Source: Octopus vulgaris
Lineage: Eukaryota
NCBI GenBank assembly: GCA_951406725.2
Contig: OX597818.1
Span: 28,830,001-28,894,000, forward strand
Length of the DNA stretch: 64,000 nucleotides
Reading direction: 5' to 3'
The position numbers and the translations under genes were made by a program. Under the pieces are notes generated by a model. It was not told the DNA's origin, made no database searches, and saw only the letters and a program-made list of their open reading frames with translations. This document shows, piece after piece, positions 26,121 to 39,530 of the stretch; the stretch's first letter is position 1, and the number at the start of each line of letters is the position of its first letter.

Positions 26121-29100
26121 CTTAAAAAAATAAAATAAAAAATAAAATAAAATAATCAAGGAACAGTTTCAATTTAGAAAATAGGATTAAAATTCAAAAT
26201 TTCAGTTTCACACACATTTTAAATTCAGATTCTATGATTGTCATTGAACATGTTTCTCATACAGGATATCAAAGCAAAATACAGTAAGCAAACTAAACCA
26301 CCACAATCTTGGGACAATTTGAGCTTGGCCCTGTGGCTAATGAAATCTTTATAAGGTTTTCAAGATTTACAGGAGGTTGCAACAGTGAGATATACTTCCA
26401 TGCAGTACTTGTATCTAGATGGGTAGATTGTCCATTGAGAAATAACTGTATTCACCAGGAAGATAGTTTACTGAGTTGTAGAGTAAACAAACAATTCATG
26501 AAATTTCTACTAATAAAATTCATAAAAATTGTCAAACCATACAGATATAAGAAAATAAAATCATTTCACAATGAAATTTCTTCACATAACATGCAAAAAA
26601 TGCCTCTCAATAAGAGGAATTAGAAGCGTTCTTCAGTAGATCATGGGAAAAAGGATATATCCGTTCTTCATCACAATATCAATGTAGTGTTTAAATGTAT
26701 CCACTTATGGTAATAGCATGATAGGAAGAAAGTGGTATGATGCCAGACAAATGAAACCAAAGTAATTGAAAATACTAAGTCAAAAGATTCAAATATTAAG
26801 TTTTTATGTTGTTAAAGTTGATGTAGTTTTCATTCTGAGAACAAAATATAAATAAATTGAATAAAATAAATTATTGAAGTAAATACATATGTAGTACTGA
26901 GATGAACTTTTTAAATGAACTGTTTAAATTTAAACAGTTAGCTTTGCTTTTTTTGTCTTAATATCATTTTTAATTAGAGCCCTCTATCCAAAGTTATGGG
27001 TTTAACCAAATAAACAGTTGTATATATTTTGGTTAGATTTGAATGTAACCTTTACTTTTGATGCCCTTATCCATAGATGCTTATGATTTTCAATTGTACA
27101 TCAGACATTATGCTTTTGTCTTGTCATCTCTAATCAAAGTTTCTCAATCTCTTCTGTAATGATATTTAGGGTTTTTTTCATTTCCACACTGAAAAATTTG
27201 ATAAATGCATTATAAACTCTTTGATTTATCCAAACTTGAAGTCTGAATGTGACATCTTTGAAATTTGTTGTATTGATTTGATTGTATAACTAATACAGAA
27301 TCTTTGTATCTTTCTAGGCAACTGTTTGTTGTAAAGTGGAGCTAACAGTGATTGGGGATTTCATTGCATACATATAGAAGAATACAGGTTATTTATTGCA
27401 GAAAAATATGGTCTCCAAATGACTGCTTATATTTGAAAAAATACTTCAATAGGATAGACACATTTTCTTGATGTTTTAAATCACCTCCTTTTCCTTCTCC
27501 TTCTTCATATCCACTCTCCATGCTGGCAAGGAAGGGTAGTCACATATGGGACCTTACTGAGACCACTGTTTTCATAGACAAGTTGGAAGACTATGCCACA
27601 TTTGGTTAGGTTTTGACTATGTTTCAATAGATAGATGTGCTTCCTATGACCAACCTGTACACAGCGTACTAAATGTATTTTAGTGTAGTACCACCACTAA
27701 AGAAGTTGTCATATCTTTGGCTAGAGAAGACCAAATACACCTCTTGACTCTATGCTTTCTCTGTTCATTTACCAGCTACTTTACAGAGTGTATTGGATGC
27801 ATTTTATTGTGGTACCAGCATTAGAGAGGAGGTTATGTCCTCAGCAAGAGAGAACTGAAGGGATCTCTTGACTCTATGCTTTCTCTGCTTATTTACCAAC
27901 ACCTTAACAGAGTGTATTGTAAATATTTTTTCTTATCACTATAAGAGTAGTGAGACTCAAAACTGCAGTAGAGTCCAGTGGATGATGTTTATTTTTCTAC
28001 TGTAAATACCTCTCCCTGGCCACTCAGAAACTGGAGTTGCCCAAAAAACATAGCTGAGCCAAAATGCACATTTTATTGCTACATTTTCAGAAATATATAT
28101 ATTTAAATTGCTTAATTACTGGCAATATAAAGTATATCTCACATTTTATTTGGAAGTTCAATAGTCTTGTATAGGCATTTTTATAAGTTATATTAACTAG
28201 TGACATATTTTGCAATAACTATTCAAAATATTGATCTAGTTTGTTTCCGAAAGTAGAGCTTCACCAAAAAAAGACCCCCCCCCACCGAATTATTGTGAGC
28301 AAGCAAATCACATTAAAGTTGATGACTTGAAAACTAGATCAATACATCCCATTTTTCATGTACAATGAACTAAAAAGAACAAACTCTTTTATTAGTTCAT
28401 TGAAATGTACAGCACCCATGAAAAATGGGACACTTCAATCAGTAAGAAGTGAAATAAATTTTGCTGGGTAACAACTCATAAAAGAATATGTTGAGTATCT
28501 ACAGCCGGCAACTGATCTTGACAGAATCTTGAGTAATTGTATGTTTGTAGATTATATATGTGTGTAATAAGTTATTTTGTATTTAATTTAAGCATGCCTA
28601 AAGATGTGATTAGTGTGTATTCTACTTTGTCATTATTGAAGTTGCATTTCCTTTCACTGCAGAAATGATTATGATGCTGCTGTCATTAGGACAATTTGTG
28701 ATGACATTCATTTCTTCTTAAAATATGTTTTGGTTTAAAATGTTTGCCTTGCTCAGTAAATTTTTGTCTTTTCAGGTTAGCTCATATTTTCCAGTTTTTT
28801 TAACAAACATTTTGCTGAAAATCATGATTTCCAGGTAGGAGATGTAATCAAAAGTTTTATTGAAAACTTAGCTTCTCTAATTTCAAAATTCAGTGAGCTA
28901 CCTTCAGTTAAGGATAATAAATAAGTTAGGTTCGGTACATCATATGCTTTGAGACATCTTCTATGTGAACTGCATTAGTCTATTCAAATTCAAAGCGAGA
29001 TAATGCTTCAGTGGCATTGAATATAAAATCGAAATTTTTAGGTTTTGAATTGATTCAATCAATAATTGTTTTGACAAATTTTGAGTTCAAATGTCTTATT

Positions 29101-31124
29101 TCTCAAGTTTCTATCCTAGGGAGAGATATTTCAATTAAACAGGTCTCTGTAAAGCATAAATTTGACACCTATCTATCCATTAATAGTGCATAAGGATACT
29201 GAAATATTACAGGAGAAATTAAATGTGCCTACTTAAAACCTAGTAAAAAGGATATCAATACTTAGAAATTGGGCAGTTGTAGATGTTTACAGAATACACC
29301 ATTAGAAGTAGGGTGGTTGTAGAGAGCAAAATATGAACTTTAGAGACCAGAAAAATTACAAACACCCATATTCATTTAAACTGGAGAAACTGATGTGATG
29401 TTTGGTCACAATAAATCCCTTAGTAAAATCAAGGATCAACAAACCCAAATTATTTTTCAGTTCTTTTGTTCATATTTACAGGTCATGCTCTTAACCTGAG
29501 GGAGTTCTTTTGAAGCTCAACAACAATATTGCACAGAATGGATGTCATTAACATAATTCTTAAAGTAAATAGAGTGAATACAGCAGGGTCAGTGTTAGAA
29601 TAATGATTTTTTTTAGAGATCAGTCAACAAAAATTATTTGCAGACATTATCTTTCACAAACTCTCCAAGACTGGTAAGACTGATACAGCCTATGTTCAGT
29701 TGTACACATCAATATCTACAGGCAAGTCATAGGTGGGAAGGGAATTTCACATTGTTCAACTCTAAGAAGGTTTGATTATGCATAGTGGTCAATGAAATAC
29801 AGTATTGACGAGAAGAATGGGAGAGATAGATGTATTGGGTGAACTTGGATGGAGGTTGTTTAAAGCTAGGAGCAGTGATCAGAGTAATAATAATAGAAGA
29901 AGCAGAGAGAAGAGAAGCACATGTACGGGCGAAGGATGGTATGTGTTACTGAGTCATTATCAATTAGTGGGGCTTTCACTGAGCAAATCTGTCCTGGGTG
30001 TAGGAGCAGTAATTCTTGGTGGATCTTACTTGAATTTTGTAGAAAATCAGTAATTGCTCAAAAGCTGAAATATTTTCTACTTCTGAAGCGAAAAGGTAGT
30101 CTTTAGGATACTGTTTCAGTTAGGTTATGTGGGTTTTCAGTATATATTACCAGAAATTGTGAAACCTACCTTTTATAGTGACTACGACCTTAATATTAAT
30201 CAGTTTTGTCCTCTTCAGTTCCACACAGGCTGACTTTATTTTTCCTTACTCTTAACTGATGAAGTAGTATTGATTTCATGACTACACTCCTTCCTTAAAT
30301 AATAAACCACTTTACTGATCAAAAAGACTGAACTCCATTGCAGAATGATTGGTGATAGGAAGGGCATTCAGCTGTATAACCTATCACAACCCCCTAGCAT
30401 AAAAAAATCATATACACCAGAGGCAGATGATGTAAGGAGTATCAGATGATGATGGACTATGACAAGTGGCAAGGGCTGAGGTGGAACAAATCCTTCTAAC
30501 TCATGCCAGCATGGAAAAATAGGCATAAGACAATGATGATAATGATGATGATCATCATCATCGTTTAATGTCCACTTTCCATGCTGGCATGCATTGGACG
30601 GTTCAACTGAGGACTGGCAAGCCAGAAGGCTGCACCAGGTTCCAATCTGATCTGGCATGGTTTCTACAGCTGGATGCCTTTCCTAATGCCAACCACTCTG
30701 AGAGTGTAGTGGGTGCTTTTTATGTGCCACCGGCACAGGAGCCAGCACTGGCAATGACCATGCCCCAGTGGTGTTTTTTTACATGCCATTGACACAGGGT
30801 TGCTTAAAGATGGTAACAATATGACAAATCGATGCGTGTCACTCACAAGTGTCGATGACCCACAAGTGAAGATGATTTTAGACACTTATGCAATCACAAG
30901 GAGACATAAATGCCCTCAAAGTGTACCCACTCTTGACCCAGTAGATCATCAAGGTGTTGCTTGAAGAGAGAGGGCTGCACCAGCACTTAGCTGGTAGTCA
31001 TTTTCAGCTGAGTAGACTAGAGTAATGTAAAGTGATGTGCTTTGCCCAAGGACACAATATGCCACTCAATCTCAGAATTTATACAAAGAATTAAAAGACA
31101 TTTGATGATGGTGAGGATATTAGT

Positions 31125-31126
31125 GA

Positions 31127-31174
<48 letters not shown>

Positions 31175-31195
31175 GAGGAGGAGGAGGAGGAGGAA
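31125..31195. repeat. (TAG)n(GAG)n microsatellite just past the exon C donor
   Basis: Direct reading. Confidence 0.95.
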
Positions 31196-31220
31196 GAACA
31201 AATATTTATATTTAACATAC

Positions 31221-31469
31221 ATTTAAACAGGATATTAATTTCCTTTCTATTTGTCAAATTTCCATTCTTTTCGCTCTTTGCAATGGCAGTGCAGAAAACA
31301 CGACTGATATTTTTACGATTAAAAGTTAATATAGAATTTGAAAGGAAATTTCGATTTTTATCCTCCAACCACACTTCTGGGGTAGGGTTTCCTTTTGCAG
31401 AACAGTTTATAATGGATGCTTGATCCTCAAATAATGTCACATTCTCTGGTGCAGTAATATCAGGTGAAT
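31221..31469 (-). CDS. Ig-superfamily receptor, Ig exon C
   Basis: Acceptor ttttatag|AT, donor T|gtatgt; 249 nt, phase 1-1; YSPDITAPENVTLFEDQASIINCSAKGNPTPEVW...VFCTAIAK...INILFK. Confidence 0.9.
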
Positions 31470-33264
31470 CTATAAAATTAAAAAAAAAATTAATTAATGA
31501 AATTTTTAAATATCACACACGAAAAAATTTTGAAGAAACATCCTGAAACACTTTGCTATAAATTATTATCAAATTTGTTTAATTCTTTGAATCCTAACAT
31601 TCTGTCAGGTGTGCCACAATACCAGCCATCTACATGAAAATCACAAAAACACTGAAAAAATAAGGCAAATTCAACCGGAAAAAAATGTAATAAATATAAT
31701 ACTTTCTACTATAGGTGCAAAGCCTGAAATTTGGGGGAGGGAGCCACTTGATTACATTAACCTCAATGTTGAACTGGTATTTATTCTATCATCCTGAAAG
31801 GATGAAAGACTAAGTCAACCTTTGCAGAATCTGAACTTTGACTGTAAAGACAAATGAAATACTGCTAAGTATTTTGTCTGGGGTACTAACGATGTATTAA
31901 ATATAAATTATGTTTAATTTGTAATGAGATATCTTTTACATCACTCCCTTATGTCTTCTGTATTTGATCACCAAATTTTCCAGTAGTTATTATCTCCAGT
32001 GTAAATAAACAAGAATATATTCTCATCTTTCACACCCCAATCCTGTCCTCACTACCCTTCCCCTTGTAACAATGCCATCCTGTTGTCCCTCACCTCCTCT
32101 ATATACCCAAGTTTCACCAGTCACCATATTCCCCTTCCCCCGTCTCTCTGCATTCATGTCAAGTCCTTACTTCCTGCTCATGCACCCTTGGAAATAATTT
32201 ACCATCCCATTTATACTTTGATCCCTGTACCTACTCTAACAGATTTTTCAGATTTAAATTTTGTGAAGGGATTTATTTCTTTTTATGGTATTAGTGAATG
32301 GGTTGGGTGGAGAGAGAGGGGGAAAGAAGAGTAATGTGGAGTGTAGAGGGTAGGAAAAAAGGGAGAGAAATGGGGAGACAGTGGAGGGAAAAGTGAGAGA
32401 GTGTGTGTGTTTGTGTATCTGTATGTGTGTGTGTGTGTGTGTGTATCTGAAAGGACGTTTTTGAGCAAGAGACAAAGAAAAAGAATATATATTTTTAAGT
32501 AGGTGGCTGGGACAGATGCTTACTTTGGTTCAGCCAGCTCACCTGAAAGAAAAATGTTTTCAAAGTGAAAAAAATGTGTTTTTTCTTAGTGTCAATGGAA
32601 AAGAGAAGGAAAGAAAGGAAGGAAGAAAGAAAGAAGAAAAAATGTGTTTATATCTATACAGTTGGTCAGTTCTTTCAATAGATGATGAAAAGTTGATTCT
32701 TGGTCTGTAAAAATGGTAAGACCAGGCGGTTACTCTAAGGGAGGTCTGTTTTGATGAGGAAGGATGAAAGTTATTTTTCAAAAAATTGTCTTGACTTATC
32801 ATCATCACTGTCCAATGCTTGATTCCCATGCTGGTATAGGTTGGAAAATCTGGATGCAAGAATATTTCTATTTATGTATATACATACACACACCAATGCA
32901 ACAACTAAGCCACTTCATAGATGTATTCCTCAACCCTTTATGCCAACTGATACCAAGCTACATAAGGGATGACATAGACTTTCTCACACATTCCAAATAC
33001 TGTCCCAGAAAATACCATACTTGCAAGCTTCGATATCACACACATTCAAAGCAAACGCAAGCATGAATTGCAAGACACAAAACTTAATATATTGCATAAC
33101 CTGTCCCACATGCAAGAACTATATAGGTGAAACTGGCAATTCTTTATGCTACTGAGCCAGAATTCACGGACAACATATCCAACAGAGGGAGAGAGAGAGA
33201 GAGCTACAAAAAATTCCACTTAGGAACATGTGGAGAAGGAAGATTCAAGATCTTTCCCTTCTAT

Positions 33265-33599
33265 TTCTCCTTTTAAAGACTCCGCCAGTTACGACGACGA
33301 GGGTCCCAGCTGATACGATCAACGGAACAGCTTGCTCGTGAAATTAACGTGCAAACTGGCTGAGCATTCCACAGACACGTGTACCCTTAACGTAGTTCTT
33401 GGGGATAATCAGCATGACACAGAGAGTGACAAGGCTGACCCTTTGAAATACAAGTACAACTCATTTTTGCCAGCTGAGTGGACTGGAGCAACGTGAAATA
33501 AAGTGTCTTGCTCAAGGACACAACGCGTCGCCGGGAATTGAACTCACAACCTTACAATCATGAGCCGAATGCCCTAACCACTAAGCCACGCGCCCTCAC
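33265..33599 (-). mobile_element. tRNA-derived SINE with 11-bp TSD inside the Penelope ORF
   Basis: Head gtgagggcgcgtggcttagtggttaggg...gagttcaattccc; TSD ttcccttctat at 33254-33264 and 33600-33610. Confidence 0.88.
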
Positions 33600-34069
33600 T
33601 TCCCTTCTATAAATGCCTAAGGAATGACACTTTCTTCAGAAAGAATATGGAACAACACTTCATAGCAAAATTCTCCCCCAAACAGAATGGCTGAAAATAT
33701 GGAAACCACATTAACTTCCTTATAAACCCATCTGGAACCCTAAAATATATGCATATGTGTGCGTGCGTGTGTGAGTGTGTGTATATAGAAACATTCTTGC
33801 ATCCAGATTTTCCAACCCATACCAGTATGGGAATCAATGATGATGATGATAAGTCCAGACAATTTTTTGAAAAATAACTTTCATTATTCTGTTGTGTCTG
33901 GGGAGAGTCATTTTCTTTTTGTGCCTTATGATATAACACACTCACCGGGAAAATTTCCATTTATTTCTTATTTTTATTTTCCTAAAATTTTCGTGGCATC
34001 TTGCAACCTTTTCAATAGTCTTGACTGTCCGTTATTTACACTGAGTTCCTTTTTGTTTGTTTGTGCGCA

Positions 34070-34369
34070 TGTGTGAGTCAGTGTGTGTGTGCATGCACGT
34101 ATGTATGTATGTATGTATGTATGTATGTATGTATGTATGTATGTATGTATGTATGTATGTATATATGTATGTGTGTATGCATGTATGCAAGTGTGTGTAA
34201 GTATATATGTGTGTGTATGCATATGTATATATGTATGTATGTGTGTGCATCTGTATGTATGTATTCTGCATATTTGTGTGCTCGCATGTTAGTGTTTGTG
34301 TATTTTCTATGTATGTGTGTGTGAGCATGCGTTTGTATATGTATGCACCTCTGTCTCCTTGTGTGTGCA

Positions 34370-34410
<41 letters not shown>

Positions 34411-34510
34411 TTTGCAACTATGTACCATGTTTATATGTATGGATCTCTATATGTGTGAACCTGTGTTCCATATGTGTCCTTGTGTGGAGTAAAGTGTGTG
34501 TGTATATATG
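34070..34510. repeat. (GTAT)n/(GT)n microsatellite region
   Basis: Direct reading. Confidence 0.95.
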
Positions 34511-35184
34511 GTCATGTGTTTCAGTTTCTATTTGCATATATGTGCTTGTCTGTTCTTATAAAGAATCTTGCAAACAAATCCAAAAACGAAACTTACAGTA
34601 ACCACCTGGTCTTGCCATTTTTAGAGACCAAGAATCAACTTGTCATCATCTATTGAAAGAACTGACCAACTGTATAGATATAAACACATTTTTTCTTCTT
34701 TCTTTCTTCCTTCTCTTTTCCATTGACACTAAGAAAAAACACATTTTTTCACTTTGAAAACATTTTTCTTTCAGAAAACCTGGTGAGCTGGCTGAACCAA
34801 AGTAAGCATCTATCCTAGCCACCTACTAAAAAATAGATATTCTTTTTCTTTGTCTCTCGTTCAAAAGCTTCTTTTCAGATACAAGAGCACACACAACACA
34901 CACACACACACACACGCACAAACATTCTCAGTTTTCCATCCCCTATCTCCCCATTCGTCTCCCTCTTTTCCTCCACATTACTCTTCTTTCTCCCCTCTCC
35001 ACCCCAACCTATTCACTAATACTATAAAAAGAGATAAATCCCTTCACAAAATTTAAATCTGAAAAATCTATTAGAGTAGATGTAAGTGCTTATATGTGAT
35101 TTGTAAAAATATTCGACACTTTAATAAATATTTGTATATGTACAACCATCCAGATCACTGAATACCTTATTTATTTATATATAT

Positions 35185-35224
<40 letters not shown>

Positions 35225-35463
35225 TAATTAGAAAACGGAAATGAATTGGATATAAATGAATTTATTAATTAATCAATACCATCAACTACAATTGTTTCAT
35301 TTCATGAAGTCAAAATTACAAGACATATACAAATATAAATAAATTTTCATTTTAAATACCTTTGGTGAAAATCTTCATATGTTTACTATGTGTAAGTGTG
35401 TGTGCACGCATTGTTAAAAATATTCATTCATTTTTTTAATTCAGTATTACTAATAACAATATC

Positions 35464-35790
35464 AGAATGGTTGTATACTGTCAATCTAACATGAACGTGA
35501 CAGTAGGGGGGTACACCACCGCTGTTTAGCCCTAGGAAGCATCGACGCTTCCTGATGGCTTCGACACATTTTTCCTGTGTCCTTATATACATTTACGATG
35601 GGGAGACAAATGTATATAAGGACACAGGAAAAATGTGTCGAAGCCATCAGGAAGCGTCGATGCTTCCTAGGGCTAAACAGCGGTGGTGTAACCCCCTACT
35701 GACACGTTCGTGTTAGATTGACAGTATACAACCATTCTATCGCCCCACCACCGTACATATCTCTATAAGAGATTTAGAAATTTAATATTT
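35464..35790. repeat. Foldback insertion: 131-bp arms, 13-nt loop, 14-bp TSD
   Basis: 35464-35594 vs 35608-35738 reverse complementary with 3 mismatches; ctaataacaatatc at 35450-35463 and 35791-35804. Confidence 0.9.
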
Positions 35791-35804
35791 CTAATAACAA
35801 TATC

Positions 35805-36900
35805 ATTGGGCAAAAAAAGAAATTGTCATGCTATTTAAACTTTTTCAGATGATTTTAGGGTAATTTTAAGGTACTGAATCTGAATCTGACATCAGTTTTC
35901 AGACAGCAAGTGTAGCTTTTTTAGTTATTCACAGCATCAGATTTTCCAACCAATTGATAATATTGACAAAGTAGTAGGCTATTTGCTTTCAATTTTCATT
36001 CATATACTCATCACGGAAAGTGCTAATAGAGGTTAAATGTAGGCTGTTAAATTGTCACACAAGATGAGAATTTATTTTAATTTGTTATTGCTGTAATTAT
36101 AGTAAAGTTCTCTTCACAGAAGGCTATTGATATTAGGTTATAGAAAGCCACTCAGACACCCTTTCCTTGACAATTGCTAGTGCTGTTAAAACAAAGTACA
36201 TCAAATAAGAGAGCCAGGTTACATGAACCAGGATCTTCGAAAAAAGTTCCTTATTTATTGAGTCAACTTGAGTTAAATGATTTAGTTAGAGACTTGGGTT
36301 TAACAAAAGAAAAGTTAGAACTACTGGGCTCCAGGTTGAAACAATGGAATCTTTTACACCATGTTATAAAATATTCATACTTTCAAAACAGCATACAGAA
36401 TTGCATTAATTCATTGCATGTAGGATTAAAGGAGATGTATGAATCAATGGATAAAATTTTGCACTTGATTAAATATTCTGAACACAAGTGGAATATATGC
36501 AGGGACTTGAAAGTTATTGGTTTGCTTCTTGGGTTGCAAATGGGGTATGTAAAGCATTAGTGCTTTTTGTGCCTTTAGAACAGCAGAGATGACAAGCATC
36601 ACTATAATCAAAAACAGTGGCCAAAGTGAAATGAATTCACTCCAGGGAGATACATTAGATATATATCCCTTTAGTTGACCATCAGAAAATTTTCCTTCAT
36701 CCCTTACACATTAAATTTGGCTTGTTTAAGAATTTTGTTACGGCCATGAATGTAGACAGTGAAGGATTCAAATATCTCGGTGAAAAATTTGTTTCTAGCA
36801 TGAGTGAAGCTAAAATCAAAGCTGGTGGACAAGATATCTCAAGAACAACCAGATGGATTCAGATGAAACTTTCATGGGTGTTTGGCCTCATGACTGGCAT
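35805..36900 (+). mobile_element. Chapaev3 (CMC)-like DNA transposon, internally deleted transposase
   Basis: ELNDLVRDLGLTKEK..LLGSRLKQWNLL, DLKVIGLLLGLQMGY, PLHIKFGLFKNFV, SEAKIKAG motifs; family assignment from memory; ends approximate. Confidence 0.65.
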
Positions 36901-37879
36901 AAACTGATTAGATTTGGTACTGGACAAGGATTCTAGATTATTTGTTATATTTACTTAAGTATTATGATCTTACGCTGAATTTTAAGTCTTTCTCTGATTA
37001 TCTCCCTTGAAAACACACCCATGGTTTCCACATAAGTTATGACAGTGTTGTTGCTTCCAAAGTTTTATTTTGTTTCTCTAATATTAATTTTACACGCATC
37101 TCTATCTTAGTAGAAACTGATGGACAAAGAAATCAAACTACATAAACAAATGGCAGCAAAACTGCTCAGAAATTAAATAACACTAAAATATTTAGTAACA
37201 ATAATAAATTTAATTTATCCTTGATAATTTTTAGTTTTACCAATTTTGAATATATAGCTCCTGTTCAAAACCTCTTACCTACTTGGCAATTGCATTTCTA
37301 GCCCTGCCTTGAAGGAAGCGTTACTTCTTGAACTCACATTTTTGTGCGCAACGATGTTGTTAAATCTACGTTAACAGGACCGTATGCAGGTCCTTTCCAT
37401 TTTCTTTCACACATGGATAAATTTTTCACTATAGACCTTAATGGTCATTAAGACACTATATTAGTGGATAGACTAAAAAAGGCTTTCATAGAGAAAACTG
37501 TTCCTGTTCCCAATGCAGACGACACACATGCAGCATTACAAAAATGGCCCCACACACCCACCTTCACATTCCATGACTACCATTGGGATTGATCAGGTAG
37601 TGGATAAGGATTCCGGATTAATTTTCAGTGTTTTTTACTTAATTTTTGAGAGCAGTCAGGTTCATTTTTAGTATTCTCGTTTGTGAGAGCAGTTGAGTTT
37701 ATTTCAGATATTCTCATTTTAAAAATCCTCTCCAGTTAATTGTTGAGAGGACGTTAGTGTTGCCTTGGTGGAGATTTGTGCTCTTGTTTAATATTCATAT
37801 TTATATTTAAATTTAATAATAATGATAATAATCAATTAAATTATATAAGAGTAAAAGTAGATGATTAAAATATATAATA

Positions 37880-38442
37880 TCTTAATATAAAAAAATACCC
37901 TATCTGTGTGTGTCTTCAATGCATGCTCAAAGTTCTGAATCAATTTGTACCATACTTGGGGTACATGAATAATTTGACCTTGGAAAGAATAATGCAATCT
38001 TGATTTATTTTTTGTTTTTTAAAATAAATAATATTGCTCTATAGAAAAGATTCACTTGTTCAAATCGTTTTCTCAACTTCCTGTGCTTGAACTTCCTGTC
38101 TTTGATGTCCTAACCAGATATTTACACACACATGTATGTATACATTATTACAGTTGTGATGATTCTGACAAAAAGAATTTCTAAAGGTACTTTCATGTCA
38201 GAAAAATAATTTCATATGGAGATAGACACCATTTTTTCAGTTAATTAAATGAGGTACTATATACTATACATTAATTTTCCAAAACATATTTTGGCCATTT
38301 TGGGAACAAGTGGCTTTATTAAGACTTGATATTTCACATTTAAATCCCATGTGATTATTCTTGATGCAAATCAACTTATTAACACTTTCACTTAATTGTA
38401 TTGTCAATGTCAACATAGTAACTAAGTAACCAGCTATTTACA

Positions 38443-38484
<42 letters not shown>

Positions 38485-39492
38485 TGTATACATCATTACA
38501 GTTCTGACGATTTCAGATAAAAAAGAATTTCTAAAGTTACTTACATTTTATATTTTCTTCTCCAGCTTTCTATTTGTGTAAGATATATACTTATGTGTGT
38601 GTGTGTGTGTAAGAGAAAAAAAATTTCATATGGAGATTTCATTTAATTGATCAATTGTCAACAGGGCATAATTACAGATTTCTGCAACCCTCAGAGACTT
38701 TGGATGATCATAACTTTAAGAAAAATAGATATTTTTTAATGAAATTTTCTACGAATATGTTCTATATCATGTAGATTCTGAATATATAAAATTTGTTGGG
38801 GTAAGTGTTCACTGGAGTCCTCTTCAATCTGCTTAACTTTCACGAAAATGAATATTTTAAAATGAAATTGTTGACAAATATACCTTGGACTATGTACATA
38901 TAGGATTTTGTGGGAAATCCTATATGTACATATAGGAATTTTGGGATGGGGGAAACAATTGGGGATTATTTTTGAGTACTGTTCCTCATTCGGAGGTGTT
39001 TTGGAACAACTCATCCGTATTTGTTACATTTTCTCTCTTTTGTGCATTTGTGCATCCATAGATTTCTACTGAAGCAACAGGCAGTGAAAGCAAATGAACC
39101 CCTCATCAGAAAACTCATGCTAGAAATAACAGCTGAACGTATGGTGCACAGATATATGCTACTAACATGACTTATCTATTGCATACATTTTTTTTTTCAC
39201 TTGAAGTAAATTCCCAGGTAAATGGTTCTAATAGAAAGGGAGAAGACATGAGAAGCAAAAATAAGGAAGGAATTACAACCGTGTTTAGTGGTCTGCTACC
39301 ACAACAGCTCCTTTATAGGATCCAGTTAGCTGAAGACATCATCAGGAGGAACCACATCCGGTTTCGGCTCCTACTCCTCTACCGTTTATAGATGCATAGT
39401 TAAATATAGAAGTGAAAAGTATAATTTGTTACATAATCTCTAAAATAAACATGATACTGAATGGAATAATTCCTCATTTGATCTTTTTTCAT

Positions 39493-39530
<38 letters not shown>

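Larger units (their letters stand above)
32230..35080 (+). mobile_element. Penelope-like element with inverted terminal duplication
   Basis: GIY-YIG remnant 32940-33690 (NLIYCITCPTCKNYIGETG...FPFYK); 32230-32710 is the reverse complement of 34630-35080, and 32760-32890 of 33780-33885. Confidence 0.7.

Noticed and set aside
26300-26480. Open stretch near exon D as an additional exon
   Set aside because: No Ig motif or convincing phase 1 splice sites; exons C and D already join in frame
27000-30200. Possible transposase and LINE remnants
   Set aside because: Too decayed to assign by eye
37270-37440. Strong minus-strand donor (ag|gtaaga) as a possible exon
   Set aside because: Upstream frames examined contain stops; likely a transposon remnant
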